DNA of 63,747 bases, filler included, from Octopus bimaculoides (Eukaryota): assembly GCF_001194135.2 (NCBI RefSeq). It is 6 parts of 6 records of this genome, joined end to end, with 100 filler letters (N's around TTAATTAATTAA, not from the genome) between each part and the next. Parts side by side here need not be neighbours in the genome. Positions count along the whole stretch, not along the records: positions 11,272 to 20,108 come from NC_069000.1; positions 20,209 to 42,893 come from NC_068989.1; 4 more parts are not named here. One strand, given 5' to 3'. The notes below the pieces were generated by a model. The model was not told the DNA's origin and did no database searches. It was given only the letters and a program-made list of their open reading frames with translations. This document shows positions 12,052 to 25,601 of the stretch, piece after piece. Position numbers and translations under genes: made by a program. Numbering within the stretch: the stretch's first letter is position 1; each line of letters starts with the position of its first letter.

Positions 12052-12345
12052 CATATNNNNNNNNNNNNNNNNNNNNNNNNNNNNNNNNNNNNNNNNNNNN
12101 NNNNNNNNNNNNNNNNNNNNNNNNNNNNNNNNNNNNNNNNNNNNNNNNNNNATATATATACACATACATACATACATATATACGATGAGCTTCTTTCAGT
12201 TTCCATCTACCAAATCCACTCACAAGGCTTTGGTCAGCCTGCGGCTATAGTAGAAGACACTTGCCCAAGGTGCCACGCAGTGGGACTGAACCCAGAACCA
12301 TGTGGCTGGCAAGCAAGCTACCTACCACACAGCCACTTCTGCGCC
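11817..12345 (-). mobile_element. SINE family A
   Basis: Reverse complement of family A, with internal (CA)n/(TA)n and a gap. Confidence 0.85.
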
Positions 12346-12359
12346 TATAATAAAATAAA

Positions 12360-13845
12360 CATGAGAAGATTTTGCTGAAAGTTAAACAAAAAAAAACTAT
12401 CAATGAATGACATGCCGTCATCAGGGATTCAGTCATATGGAGCAAACAAAAACAACAAAAATGCTCAATGGAAAGAGAGGGAAAAGGAAAGGAAGAGCAA
12501 AATAGTACCACAGGTGTGGCCCACTATCACAAGTCAAAAGATCATCGACACACTGAGTGTATCCAGCATCCGGAAAACTCCAAGGAGAGACAAGGTCCCC
12601 AACTTCTGGTTGAAACACCTTACCAGCATCACATAGCGGCAACATCTAATTTATTAATAAGCAAGCCAGAATGAACACTAAACTGGATATTGAAGGACAA
12701 ACCACCCTAATTCCCAAAAACAAAGACACCGTACAACCACAAAAGTATAGGTCAATAACATGCCTATCAACATCATACAAAACTCTCACATCAGTCATCT
12801 TATAACTGGCGTATAATACATCTGGAAAACATTTTACCAGAAAAACAAAGGGGTTGCTGGAGAGGGATGTACGGTTGTGTGGAGCAACTTCTGGTAAATT
12901 GAGCCATTATAGAGAACTGTAAGAAGAGAACAACAAGTCTGAACATAACTTGGATTTATTACCAGAAAACATTTGCCAGTGTTCCATACTCCTGGATATT
13001 GGAGTCTCTCCACATAGCTTCAGTGCTACTAAGATATATCAACCATGCAATGACAAACTGGGAAACCTGTGCAAGACGCAATCAAATCAATGATACAACC
13101 TAAACGAAACAATTCACAAACACAAAATGCACTCAGATGCTGGAGTGGCTGTGTGGTAAGTAGCTTGCTTACCAACCACATGGTTCTGGGCTCAGTCCTA
13201 CTGCGTGTCAGCTTGGGCAAGTGTCTTCTACTGTAGCCTTGGGCCAATCAAACCCTTGTGAGTAGATTTGGTAGACGGAAACTGAAAGAAGCCCATCGTA
13301 TGTATGTGTGTGTGTGTTTGTGTGTGTATACATATATGTGTGTGTATACATATATCTGTGTGTATGTGTTTGTTCCCCCACCATCGCTTGACAACCGATG
13401 TTGGTGTGTTTTTTGTCCCCGTAACTTAGAGGTTCAGCAAAAGAGACCGATAAGATAAGTACTAAGCTTACAAAAAATAACTCCTGGGTTTGATTTGTTA
13501 GACTAAAGGTGGTGCTCCAGCATGGCCGCAGTCAAGTGACTGAAACAAGTAAAATAGTAAAAAGAGTATATAGCAAATAACCAATGAAATAAATTATCAC
13601 CCACAGACTGGATACTTAAAGCATTACACACACAACACAATCCCTAATACAACAAAAGACTGCACTGCACCTCGTAATAATAATAATAATAAAAAAAAAA
13701 GAAATTGATGTAATACAATATCAGGAATTGTTTGCACACTCCCAACAGTAAAAGAGAAGCTCACACAATGCTGCTCACACACACACCCCAGCAACACGGA
13801 GGTGGAGCAAGTGATGTATGAATTTACCTGAAACTAATGAAATGC

Positions 13846-13880
<35 letters not shown>
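12360..13880 (+). mobile_element. R4/Dong-clade LINE fragments interrupted by a SINE A, with (TAA)n tails
   Basis: KTPRRDKVPNFWLKHL, TTLIPKNKDT, YRSITCLST, GCWRGMYGCVEQLLVN RT motifs; (TAA)n at about 13674-13690 and 13846-13879. Confidence 0.7.
13138..13567 (+). mobile_element. SINE family A
   Basis: Complete head, (TG/TA)n, body and tail. Confidence 0.85.
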
Positions 13881-13892
13881 GTGAAAAAACAT

Positions 13893-14222
<330 letters not shown>

Positions 14223-14529
14223 TGATATTTAATTATTGCTTATTGAAATGCTTTTCTTTTGGTTGAGTTGAAATGTAACTTGTTGAATATTTAGTTAGAG
14301 GATAAATTAGGAGTCGAGATGAGATGGTTGGACACAGCTCTTTGGATGCTGATGATATGGCCCAGCTGATTGGACATTCAGCCTATTTTGCTGATTATAC
14401 TTTTTGGTACTGGAAGCAAAAACACACACATACAAAAATATAAACACACTGATAGACAGATAGAAGGTGAGAGAGAGAGAGACATTAGACATTCAAACAT
14501 ATCTAAAATGCTCATATACACAGTGAAAC

Positions 14530-15090
14530 ACACACACACATACAAGTGCCAGAAGGCGACGCTGGGCACAGGTGCCATCACGATTTCGCTTGCCCCAACA
14601 GGTCTTCGCAAGCTGAGTTTCGTGTCCAATGAAGGAGACGACGTTGGCATGAGTGCCAGTCGTCAAATTTAGTTTGATTTCGATTCACTTGCCTCAACAG
14701 GTCTTCGCAAGCGGAGTTTAGTGTCCAATGAAGGAAAGGTACGCATAAGTGGGCTGGCTACACCCCTGGCAGAGGCCTTGGATTTAGGTCTTAACTTGGC
14801 TTGCCGGGTCTTCTCACGCACAGCATATTTCCAAAGGTCTCAGCCAGAAGTCATCGTCTCGGTGAGGCCCAATGTTCGAAGGTCTTGCCTCACCACCTCA
14901 TCCCAGGTCTTCCTGGGCCTACCTCTTCCATAGGTTCCCTCCACTGCTAGGGTGTGGAACTTTTTCACACAGCTATCCTCGTCCAATCTCACCACATGAC
15001 CATACCAACGCAATCGGCTCTCTTGCACACCACAACTGATGCTTCTTAGGTTCAACTTTTCTCTCAAGGTACTTACTCTGTCTAGTAATA
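14530..15090 (-). mobile_element. RTE-clade LINE 3' end
   Basis: LREKLNLRSI..RLRWYGHVVR..GRGRPRKTWDEVV..DL motifs; 3'UTR has an internal ~49-bp repeat at 100-bp spacing. Confidence 0.85.
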
Positions 15091-15150
15091 CATTGTTATA
15101 TTGTTTGTCATTATACATTGTTATATTGTTTGTCATTATACATTGTTATA
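15090..15150. repeat. 25-bp tandem repeat (cattgttatattgtttgtcattata), about 2.5 units
   Basis: Seen directly at the 5' truncation point of the RTE fragment. Confidence 0.8.
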
Positions 15151-15579
15151 GTGTTTGTACACAATAGGGCGATCACTGAGCTGATTTTGATGCATCCACT
15201 ATTTAAGTACTTGGTTCTCTTGAATCCAGGAAATGTTATACCATCATTTAACATTCGTTTCCCAGGAACTGCCATGGCTGGGAAGACACCAAGCTCCATT
15301 GTCTGTTTTGACTCGCTTTCTACAAATGTATGACTTTCCTAATGCCAACCACTTTCCAGAGTGTACTGGGTGCTTTTTACGTGGCATCAGCACCAGTGTT
15401 TTTTAAACACACACACACACACACGCACACGCACACGCGCTTATTTCAGTTCCTGTTTTCTAAATCTACCCACATGGCTTTGATCTACCTGACGCTTTAG
15501 AAGATATTTGCATAAGCTGCGGTGAATAAACTCTATCAATCTGAGATTTTTCATTTGAATATTTCTTTCTTCTTTCCAG

Positions 15580-15672
15580 CAAGAAATGCTGCGGTTTCCT
15601 AAATTGCATGAAAGAATAGTGGATGTTGTTACATATTTACTTCGGCGCCGTCTACCACCAACCAATGCAATG
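15580..15672 (+). CDS. DNM1L: Drp1 exon, phase 0/0
   Basis: [31 protein letters not shown]; ttccag acceptor and gtaggt donor; 93 nt. Confidence 0.97.
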
Positions 15673-15929
15673 GTAGGTGAACTTCTTGTTAAAGAGTGAT
15701 TCTTATTGTATCTGATGTGATGAAAGTCGAATTATCTGGCAGCATCAGTAGGTCTGGAGGAATATGATGGATTGCAAAATGTATTAAGCATTGTAATTAA
15801 AGTTAGATTAACAGCATTGTTAATTATAAATATTTAAATGAGACTACTTTTTATAGTGTAAAAAATGTTATTTATATAAAAATGTGTTAATACAAGTAAC
15901 CTTGTTTATCACCAATCCCAAATAACATA

Positions 15930-17154
15930 TGAGGAGTGTTCATTAATGATTTCCTCTGACCCACTTCCCAGGGACTGGGATAAACGAAACTTGGCATAAC
16001 TATTAGTCCTTCTCTACATAGCTTTCACCAATGGTGACACACATTGCTTTATGCAACTGTGAAGATCTTGTCTGTAGAAGTCGATAGGTTGTGTCAGGAG
16101 CCAAGACTTTATCTCAGAAATAAGTTTATCATCATCCAGAAAGTGCTTCCCCTTCAAAAAATGACTTCTTGGTTGGAAAGAGGTAGAAGTCAGATGGTAA
16201 GTGTAAGGAGGATACGGAAGGATTTCATAGCTGCAGGAGTGTGCTTTCATCTGGGCAACATGTGCATTGTGAACTAGGGTGTTGTCTTGGAGGAGGTGGA
16301 CTCCTTTGGTCAGCATGTCACACCTCTCTGCTTTGATGGCATCTCACGGTTTCTGCAGCAGAGAAGCATGATATGCCCCATTAATTGTGGTGCCCTTTGC
16401 CAGAAAATCCATCATCATTATTCCGCGCTGGTCCCAAGAGACTGAGCATCACCTTGCCTGTTGAGGGTTGGACACGAGCCTTCTTTGGCGATGGTGAGTT
16501 ATGCTTCCATTGCTTCGACTGGACTTTAGTCTCAGGATCATAGTGATGGACCCATGTTTTATCCTGTGTGATAACTCTGCTGAAAAAGTCCTCCTCGTTT
16601 TCTTGGTATTTTGCCAAAAGAGCCTGGAAGCTATTGACTCGTTCTTGTTTGTGAGGAATCCATCGTGCAGACAACTTCTTCTTGTGCAAATGGACCCTGC
16701 ACTGCACTTCTTGGGCTAGTTACCGAATAGATATGTGGCAATTCTCCAAAATGGTGGATTCCACTTTGTGGATGGTGACGTCATCAATGGCAGAATGTGG
16801 TCGTGCAGGAATAGGAACAGTTTCCATCGATGTCAGACCACATTTCAACTGGCGATGCCAGTGCTTCGCTACGTCATATGATGGTGCATCATCACCATAA
16901 ACTACTTTCAGCTCATCAAAAGTCTCTTTTGGTGTACAACCTTTCAAGTATAAGAACCTGATCACTGATCTGCTTTCGACTGCCTCCATTGTAACACCTT
17001 AGTCCACTTCAGCAGCCATAAAAGACAAACGAATACTAGTGGAAAGCTGCAATTTACAATGGGACATGTAGACATGTATGATTATACCTGTACAAGTTCC
17101 ATTTCCTGCAATAACTGGAAGCGTATCAGGTGAAATCTTTAATGACCACCCTCA
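15930..17154 (-). mobile_element. Full-length but degenerate mariner (DD34D) element in a Drp1 intron
   Basis: MEAVESRSVIRFLYLKG, WIPH, ITQDKTWVHHYDPETK, QDN motifs; imperfect TIRs tgaggagtgttcattaatgatttc / gaaatctttaatgaccaccctca; TA on both sides. Confidence 0.9.
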
Positions 17155-17379
17155 TAGTATGCTCAATTGGGTATAGTGTTATGTTTATCATGTATTGGTT
17201 TGTAATGACAGGTTGGCAATCAAAGATTCTTCTACTGCAAAAATTCCTCCCAGTGACCACCTAGAATGCTCAGCTACCCAGAATGCACAGCTACCCCGAA
17301 TGCATGGGCTGTTGCTTGTATTTACATGACCATGCTGTGAGTCTGTGTATGCTTTATATGGGTTTATGTACTTGTATCC

Positions 17380-17600
17380 ATCAACATGGGACCAGTGGAA
17401 AAAAAAATATGAAGGCGCTTAATCCTAACAAACAACGCAAACAAATGTATTTTCTATGAGCAAGAAAATATGTGGTTGTGGAACCTTTGCTGCTGCGGCC
17501 TGTGAGTTTGGTGCCAATGAATCTACCATTTACAAAGTACAAGCAGATGATAGGTTTATGGCTGTGTTTTAGGAACCATGCTCCCGTGATAAATGAGGAG
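17380..17600 (+). mobile_element. Possible pogo/Tigger HTH remnant
   Basis: AAAACEFGANESTIYK resembles the pogo/CENP-B HTH motif; short and disrupted. Confidence 0.35.
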
Positions 17601-17831
17601 AGATGTACATGCTTGTCCAAGTAGTAGCCATATATTTAATTATTTTTTTCTATGCTTGATTGAACTGCTTCTCTTCATAACACAAACTCATTACATTTTA
17701 TGCTTTTTATTGATACAGACTATCACAAATTTCTTTGGACTCTTCTTATTCATTTTTTCTCCCTTTCCCCATTAACCAACATAAAATGAAATTATTCACT
17801 TGTCGTTTATGCTTTTCTTTTCATTTTCCAG

Positions 17832-18023
17832 GTAGAAAACCTTGTTGCTGTCGAGCTTGCTTACATCAACACTAAACATCCAGATTTCACAGAGGCTAAC
17901 TTAGTTCACAAGACAGCTGTAGAAGACACTCAGGATAGGCGACTGGTTAAAGAAAGTGGTACTCCAGCTAAGACGGCGCCAATACCTGATGTGACAGAAA
18001 TTAAAGAAAATAAAGAGCTTAGA
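17832..18023 (+). CDS. DNM1L: Drp1 exon (end of middle domain into variable domain), phase 0/0
   Basis: VENLVAVELAYINTKHPDFTEANLV...KENKELR; ttccag acceptor and gtaagt donor; 192 nt. Confidence 0.95.
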
Positions 18024-18161
18024 GTAAGTGTAAATCAATTTTCCCAGGGTTCCAAATAAGATTTAATTTTTCCCCAGGTATAACAAAGCTAGAATTTTCT
18101 ATACATTTTCAAATTTTTTTCGCAAATTATATTTCATCAAAAGCAATATACATACATACAT

Positions 18162-18217
<56 letters not shown>

Positions 18218-18551
18218 GTTTTTTTCCAGCATGTTTGTAGATCCTCTTCCTCAATGTGTTAGTGACTTACATTTCACAAGCAAGAAAATGCCATAATGGT
18301 ACTTAAAAAGCAGTTTTTGTAATGTTTGGACAAGGGATCAATCTCACTACCCCTGATTGGAACCTGGTCTATTATACAGCAAGTAGCATTCTTCTCCATT
18401 AACAATCATAGCAGAGACGATCAAAATTAAGTAAGTGCCTTGCCCTCAGACATAGAAAAAGATGTCATGTGATAGGAACACATGCTCCATAAGACGGCTG
18501 TTTGCTAGCTCTCCTGCTGGGCCATTTTTACCACTTTCATAGATGATATTA

Positions 18552-19560
18552 TACGGGGTGCAAGAAATATTTGAAGACCTATTTGGTGATTTTATAACAA
18601 CTCTAATCTATCAAAAACCAAATGTATTTTATGAAGAATGTGGGCACATATGTTCTTGATAAGCTTTCTTAAAAGGTTATTCTCTGAATCTGCCTTCAGC
18701 TTTGATGACATTTCAATGTGGGACAGGAATCAGTGATATGTCTGCACTAAATGAACCTTATTTGTTTTGAAATCCCCTGAACAATGGTGGTCTTCAATCA
18801 AGTATGGTATTGTGAAGATGTCTTTTTAACAAAGCTTCAAACATAGTAATCCATGGGATCTGACATATTTGGAAGCCAAAGTTTGGTGTTACGTTATTAT
18901 AAAGACTGTCTGATATCTGTTCTTGAGTTACGTGAGCTTTGTGAGAAAGTGCTAAGACACATATGGCTTGCTACTGTGTACTTCATCCATCCGGGGCTTA
19001 ACAATTGTCTACAGTATCTTAGTGTATCCAGCAGCCTTAATTCTAAGACCCTGTATAAAGATGTGTGTTGACATAAAATGACCTTCATTTCTCACCACTG
19101 CTAAAACCATTACAGTTGCTGGAAACTTAGTGTGCATCACTCTGAAGACATCAGAAGGGTCTGCAGATAACTATCAATCATTTCTCCTGTTAAACTTTTG
19201 GTCTTGGTCAAAGTTTTACTCATCAGAGAGGAACCAAATCCTGCTGTGTTCATGAGGATTTTTAACCTTACTAAGTAGTCACTTAGGTCAAGTAGTTTTC
19301 CCATGTCTTTACAGACATGAATTGAGCTCTCCTTAGTAGATACAACTTATATCAAATGTCCTCATGCATCATAATTCTGATAATCTACTCCAATACATGC
19401 AATTATGGAATAGATGAGACGACTCATTGTCATGTTTTCCCCAAAGTTTGTCAATACGGATATATTTGTATTAATCATGAGCAAACTGCATCTGCACGAT
19501 TCTTCGAATGGCACACCAATTAAAAAATAACCTCAAATTATATTTTTAGAAGTGTGGCCC
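18552..19560 (-). mobile_element. DD37D (maT/Bmmar1-like) Tc1/mariner transposase remnant
   Basis: IWFLSDE..FDQDQKFNRRND..VMHTKFPATVMVL..KPYV..PMDYYV..VIKAEGRF motifs, disrupted; tacggggtgca end next to TA. Confidence 0.8.
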
Positions 19561-19609
19561 ACTTAATGATGAACTAAGTCTCATGCAGTTTGCTTCTCAA
19601 AAAGCATTT

Positions 19610-19960
19610 CCCATGTCAGGCCTTTACGATTTGACTGAGGACTGGCGAGCCAGATGGCTACACCAGGCTCCAGTCTGATCTGGCAGAGTTTCTACAGCTG
19701 GATGCCCTTCCTGACGCCAACCACTCTGAGAGTGTAGTGGGTACTTTTACTTGCCACCAGCATGAAGGCCAGTCCAGCGGCACTGGCAACGACCTCGCTC
19801 AAATGTTGTTTTTCATGTGCCAGTAAGGCGACGCTCGAATGGTGCTTTTTACAACCCTGGCAACGATCACGCTTGGATGGTGCTGTGAGCGTTCCACTAG
19901 CACGGATGCCAGTCCTGCGGTGCTGTCATCGAATTTGATTTCAATTTCACTTGCCTCAAC
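19610..19960 (-). mobile_element. RTE-type 3'UTR fragment
   Basis: Shares cacttgcctcaaca and ggcgacgct with the RTE 3'UTR at 14530-14740. Confidence 0.55.
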
Positions 19961-20108
19961 AATGCACTATAATACAAAAAATGGACAATAGTCCATTTTT
20001 TGCACTATAGTGCATTGTTGTACCATTCAAAACTTTTTATTCTTTACAAACAATACACAATGCTTCAAGGGAACTACAATACTCTCCTATATATATATAT
20101 ATATATAT

Positions 20109-20208
20109 NNNNNNNNNNNNNNNNNNNNNNNNNNNNNNNNNNNNNNNNNNNNTTAATTAATTAANNNNNNNNNNNNNNNNNNNNNNNNNNNNNNNNNNNN
20201 NNNNNNNN
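20109..20208. other. Artificial scaffold linker
   Basis: N44-TTAATTAATTAA-N44. Confidence 0.9.
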
Positions 20209-20316
20209 TATTTAAAAATTCCAACAAAATGTGGATAGTAAAAAGTCAAATAAACGTTTACCTTCGCAGCCGATGTGACAGCACGTCCGTGAGAAGAGAT
20301 AGATAGATAGATAGAC

Positions 20317-20377
<61 letters not shown>

Positions 20378-21372
20378 TAAGACGGGCTTCTTTCAGTTTC
20401 CATTCATCAAATCCACTCACAAGGCTTTGGTCGGTCCGAGACTATAGTAAAAGACATTTGTCCAAAGTGTCACACATTGGGACTGAACCCGGAACCATGT
20501 GATTAGGAAACAAACCTTTTACTACACAGCCACGCCTACGTCTGTCCTTCACTTCTGAAAAACAATAGGGTGTGAATTGGTTATTATTTCTTGCTGGTTT
20601 AGTACACTGTCTCCGCTCCTTCAGGAATGATGGACTTTAATTGAAGTAATCATCGTAGTGATTGATGCTTCGTCAGTTTCGACGGTGAGCTTTCAGTTGT
20701 TCGTGCAAGTGGCCGAGTATTCCTCAGACGTGTACTCTTAACGTAATTCTCATGCAAAATCAACCTGACTCCATATGGACCTTTGAAGAGTATCCACACA
20801 GTATTAGTGATAACAATAGTGGTGTTTACAAATCATCTCTGATTAAAGGCTTTCCAGATGTGACCATCTAGTCTTTATTCGAGCATAGTGTGTCTAGGAT
20901 TACATTATTTAATGTTATCTTTTTTTTGAGATAGTAAGGAACATTTAGCGTAAGCACCTATGTGCTGAAGCTGCTGCTGTACTCCGTCTCTGAATGCAGC
21001 TGTTGATATCTCATCAGGCGGTGAAACTGCTTTATATATTTTTTGGTCTCTTCTACTGCAACACAGCAGCTGTCTGGGGCCACCCCACTGATGTAGGTGA
21101 CAAAACTCTCGCACGGCAGCACAAGCTTTGTTGAATCTGGGCCAGATGTTTCTACCATTCTCAGTGCTCGTTCTTGCTACACTGCTCGTCTTCTTTCTTG
21201 AGCCAGATTTTTTTTTTTTTTTACCAGGCTGACCAAATCATAAAAGGTGTGCCCACAGTGTGGTGTTATTACTGTTGTTTAGTAGTTGTTGCTGCTGTTG
21301 CTGTTGTTGTCGATTAAACGCGCATCAGCCATGATTGTGTAGACCTATAGTCAAATGAATTCCAACTGTAAC

Positions 21373-21780
21373 CAGGCGTGACTGTGTGGTAAAAAGATTG
21401 CTTCCCAATCACATGGTTCAGAGTTCAATTCCATTGCGTGGCACCTTAGGCAAGTGTCTTCTACTAGAGTCTCGGGCCGACCAAAGCTTTGTGATGCATT
21501 CGATAGACGGAAACTGAAAGAAGCCTGTCGTATATATGCGTGTGTGCATATCTCTGTGTGTGTTTTGTGTCTGTGTTTGTTCCCCACTACCACCTGACAA
21601 TACGGTGTTGGTATATTTACGTCGCAGTAAATAATCGGTTCACCCAAAAAGACCGATAGAATAAGTATCAGGCTTTTAAAAAAATAAATACCGAGGTTGA
21701 TTCATTCGACTAAAAATTCTTCAAGATGGTGCCCCAACAAGGCCGCAGTCTAATGACTGAAACAAGTAAAAGATAAAATA
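21373..21780 (+). mobile_element. SINE family A (diverged)
   Basis: Head, (TG)n, body and tail recognisable. Confidence 0.75.
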
Positions 21781-21802
21781 TTACAGACTCTGTCTTGATA
21801 CT

Positions 21803-22187
21803 TGCTGGCACTCCGTCGCTTACGACGTCGAGGGTTCCAGTTGATCCGATCAACGGAACAGCCTGCTCGTGAAATTAACGTGCAAGTGGCAGAGCATTCC
21901 ACAGACACGTGTACCCTTAACGTAGTTCTCGGGGAGATTCAGCGTGACACAGTGTGACAAGGCTGACCCTTTGAATTACAGGCACAACAGAAACAGGAAG
22001 TAAGAGTGAGAGAAAGCTGTGGTGAAAGAGTACAGCAGGGTCCGCCACCATCCCCTGCCGGAGCCTCGTGGAGCTTTTAGGTGTTTTCGTTCAATTATCA
22101 CTCACAACGCCCGGTCTGGGAATCGAAACCGCGATCCTATGACCGCAAGTCCGCTGCCCTAACCACTGAGCCATTGCGCCTCCACCC
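21803..22187 (-). mobile_element. Young tRNA-derived SINE family C with an 11-bp TSD
   Basis: TSD gtcttgatact at 21792-21802 and 22188-22198; nearly identical to copies at 28294, 38552 and 56810. Confidence 0.92.
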
Positions 22188-22489
22188 GTCTTGATACTAA
22201 TGTCATTAGAATAAACGTATTAGTGATACAGTGTTTATTAAAAGAACTTAATAACCATAATGACAATTGTTGTTGTTCAGCACGAGATCAACATGACCCG
22301 GTAGGTCTAAGCTCAATGACATTCCAGCCGTGACCAGCTCATCGCTTATGAATATCTGGGTCTACATTATCCAATAACATGTCCCTTGCGAATTTTACGA
22401 AGGTAGAACGTAGTTCAAGAAGAATTGACTTGTATCACTATCGAATCCAGCTACCACCTAGAGATTCCCTCGTTACCTTCTTATCTTTC

Positions 22490-22890
22490 ACTTGTGTTAG
22501 TCATTGGACTGCTGTCATGCTGGAACACTGCCTTTGAAGGTTTTAGTCCAACAGAGCGATTCCAGTGCTTTTTTTAGAGTTTTGAACTTATTTTATCAGT
22601 CTCTTTATCGAAATGCTAAGATACAGGGTCGCAAATAAACCAATACCTGTTGTCGAGCGGTGGTAGGGGACAGACACAAAGACATACAAACACATACACA
22701 CACACACACACACAGTCCACTAAATTCACTCGTTAGGCATTGGTCGGCCCGGGATTATAGTAGAAAATAAGGCGCCCACTGCGTGACACCTTGTTTTCTA
22801 ATATACTCATCTGCTAAAGGTACCACGCAGCAAGACTGAACCCGAAACCCCGTAGCTGCGAAGTGAACTTCTTAACCACACAGCCATGCT
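22490..22890 (-). mobile_element. SINE family A (old)
   Basis: Diverged homology across tail, body and head. Confidence 0.65.
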
Positions 22891-23455
22891 TGTACGCATG
22901 CTCAATAGATTATAACTATCGAGGAAGAAGTGACTGCGCCTTTTTAGTTCAGAAATGAAAAGTCATAACGTATCAATGTAGTAATGAAATAATGTAGTAA
23001 AGTTACCTCCGCCTTCTTAGATATGAATAAGCTGCAGATCTTGTGAATAAAAAGGAATGTGCATGGCTTTATGAGAAGTTATTAGTTGTCAGTCAGAGTT
23101 TGAAGTGTGAGTTATAGTGTTAGAATGGGGCTTAGAATGAGTGATTCTGTCTCCTTAGGAGTTGCTGTAGGAGAGAGAATGATAAGGTAAAAGGGAAATA
23201 GAAAGAACAAAAGACACATGAATACGCAATGAGAGAGAGTTGCTGATAATGCCGGTAATGGTGGTGGTGGTGGTGGTGGTGGTTAACCCCAAATCGGATC
23301 TCATCGAGAAAAGTTATAATCAAAGGCATTCCAGCCGTGACCATCCTGTCTCATATTTTTGAGATATTCTTCTCTGCAGAAGTCATTAATTATATTCTTT
23401 TTCTTTAGTCAGTGAAGTGTGACTGATGTTTCTAGCAGATTATGTGACCACATAC

Positions 23456-23491
<36 letters not shown>

Positions 23492-23758
23492 GGTGAGTGA
23501 AGAGAATTTATGTTAATCGTCTTAGAGCTCGGGTGAATATTTTATCGGATAGTTCAACAGCCAAGATCTAAGTGAGTCACTCATCTGTTAATAAAAAGAT
23601 CCTTTTGTTGATTTCAAAGCGTTAAAACTTCAACAATTGGCAACAATCGTTGTTGATTGTTTTGTCATTTTGATATTGATTTCAATCATTCAATGAAAGA
23701 CGCCGCGTGTGTCACAAGACTTCTTTGGATAAAAGCCATTCATATTAGTATGGTTTCC

Positions 23759-23823
23759 ACACCACCACCATCACCATCACCACCATCACCATCACCACCA
23801 TCACCATCACCACCATCACCATC
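23759..23823. repeat. (CAC/CAT)n microsatellite
   Basis: Seen directly. Confidence 0.9.
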
Positions 23824-24596
23824 TACTCAAGTCCTTCGCAACTGTCATTATGTTGCTGACTTGACTATAAAAGACCTTTTCTTCTAACTTGGTTCCACCA
23901 CCCAAAGCCATCCATCAGCCCATAGTGATACGCAAACACCCACCACAATCACTCCCACCCGCTACCAGTCATTATCATGCAGTGTTCGATATAAACCTTT
24001 CTTTGATTTGGTTTCTCATCATGGCTACCATTGTGTTGTAGTCATCGATATAAAGTTTGTACTCCCAGTTTAAGTTTCTGTCGTGCTTGTCTTGATTGTC
24101 TTTCTCGTGACACGAAAGTCTTAATACAGTGTACGCCAAAATAAGACCCCTACATATTATAGGTTGACAAAAAGGGCCTACGTAAAAGTGAATCAGAAAA
24201 TATTTTAATAACGCTAACGTAAAAATGGACAGTGAGCATCGGTCCAAACCATGAGAGAAACTGAACAAAACATAAAATATTAGCTACATGAAGACACTGA
24301 TAACATTTGCCGAACTTTCTTAGCGTTACATCAACGGGCACGTAAAATTTGGGAGATTTATCTACCGCATCATGTGTATCTGGAGAATAGGTATGTTATC
24401 TAATATTCTTAGACAGAGGCATAGCTGTATGGTTAAGAAGTTCCCTTCACGAGCATGTGGTTCTAGGCTCAGTAATGTATCTTCTACTATAAGCTTGAGT
24501 CAACCAATGCCTTATGAGTGAATTTGGGAGACGGAACCTGTGAGAGACAGACACTCAGACAGACACTCAGACAGACACTCAGACAGACGGACAGGC

Positions 24597-24632
<36 letters not shown>

Positions 24633-24777
24633 GCGAGTATATGAGAGCGTGTGTATGTCAGGATCTAGGACATCTCGCCATCTTGTGAATCACTGCTTAA
24701 AAAAAGACGACTTATAGATTATATAGATTAATTAGCTGAATATGAGTTGTATTACTTGTCATATGTATTTATATATG

Positions 24778-24839
<62 letters not shown>

Positions 24840-24962
24840 TATAGATAGATAGGGAGGTAGGTGGCTAGCTAGGTAAGAAGGTAGGTAAGTTGATATCTGT
24901 ATGTATATGCGTATTCGTATATAGTCGACGATGGCTGTTTGACATGTAAAGTCATAAATTAC

Positions 24963-25119
24963 GTCGTTTTATCAAAAGTAGATGGCTCTCTTCCACCAGT
25001 TTCTCCCTTGATCCGATGTTTTCCATCTGGATACCAATGCTTAAAATTTTCATTTGTATTGAAACTCATCGTTGTTTCTTAGTCGGGGTCTACGTTGATT
25101 TCCCCGTCTTATTAGCTCA
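24963..25119 (-). other. Candidate minus-strand exon, possibly containing a start codon ([35 protein letters not shown])
   Basis: tactttacttacag acceptor and gtaatt donor; ATG-initiated frame open to the donor; no homology recognised. Confidence 0.3.
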
Positions 25120-25241
25120 CTGTAAGTAAAGTATTAGTCTTGGTGACCAAGTTTTATTCATTCTTTGGACATACTCAAACCAACAAAGATTTCACTGCGC
25201 CAATATCTTTTCCATGCTAAACGGCTTGACTTCCTCTATAT

Positions 25242-25601
25242 CAGTGGTACTCAACCGAGGTCCACAGGATCCCTGAAGATCAAAGAAGATTTGGCGGGGG
25301 TGAGGACATGCAAACAATATAGTAAATTGGAGACCTACAGTAGTATATTTATGGTCCATGAAAAAATTTTGCTTTAAATTTATTTATTGCAAAAAAAAAA
25401 AACAGCCAGGTTTCTTTTTCTAAAGTTTTACATACAGCAAACTAGACACCTGAATATGTGGGAAAAACAAAATAGGAATTTTGAAAGAAGTATCTTTAAA
25501 ACTAGCTTTTAAACATCGAATGGCTATAGGGGTTCACCAGAGTAAAATAGTAATCGAAGGGGTCCATAGATAAAAAAGAAAAAAAAGATTGAAAACCATT
25601 G
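25242..25601. mobile_element. hAT (Charlie-like) non-autonomous element
   Basis: Imperfect TIRs cagtggtactcaacc / gattgaaaaccattg, 360 bp, flanked by ctctatat / ctccaggg. Confidence 0.6.

Noticed and set aside
21803-22187. tRNA-like heads of SINE families A, B and C as tRNA genes
   Set aside because: They continue into SINE bodies with tails and TSDs, and I saw no complete cloverleaf.
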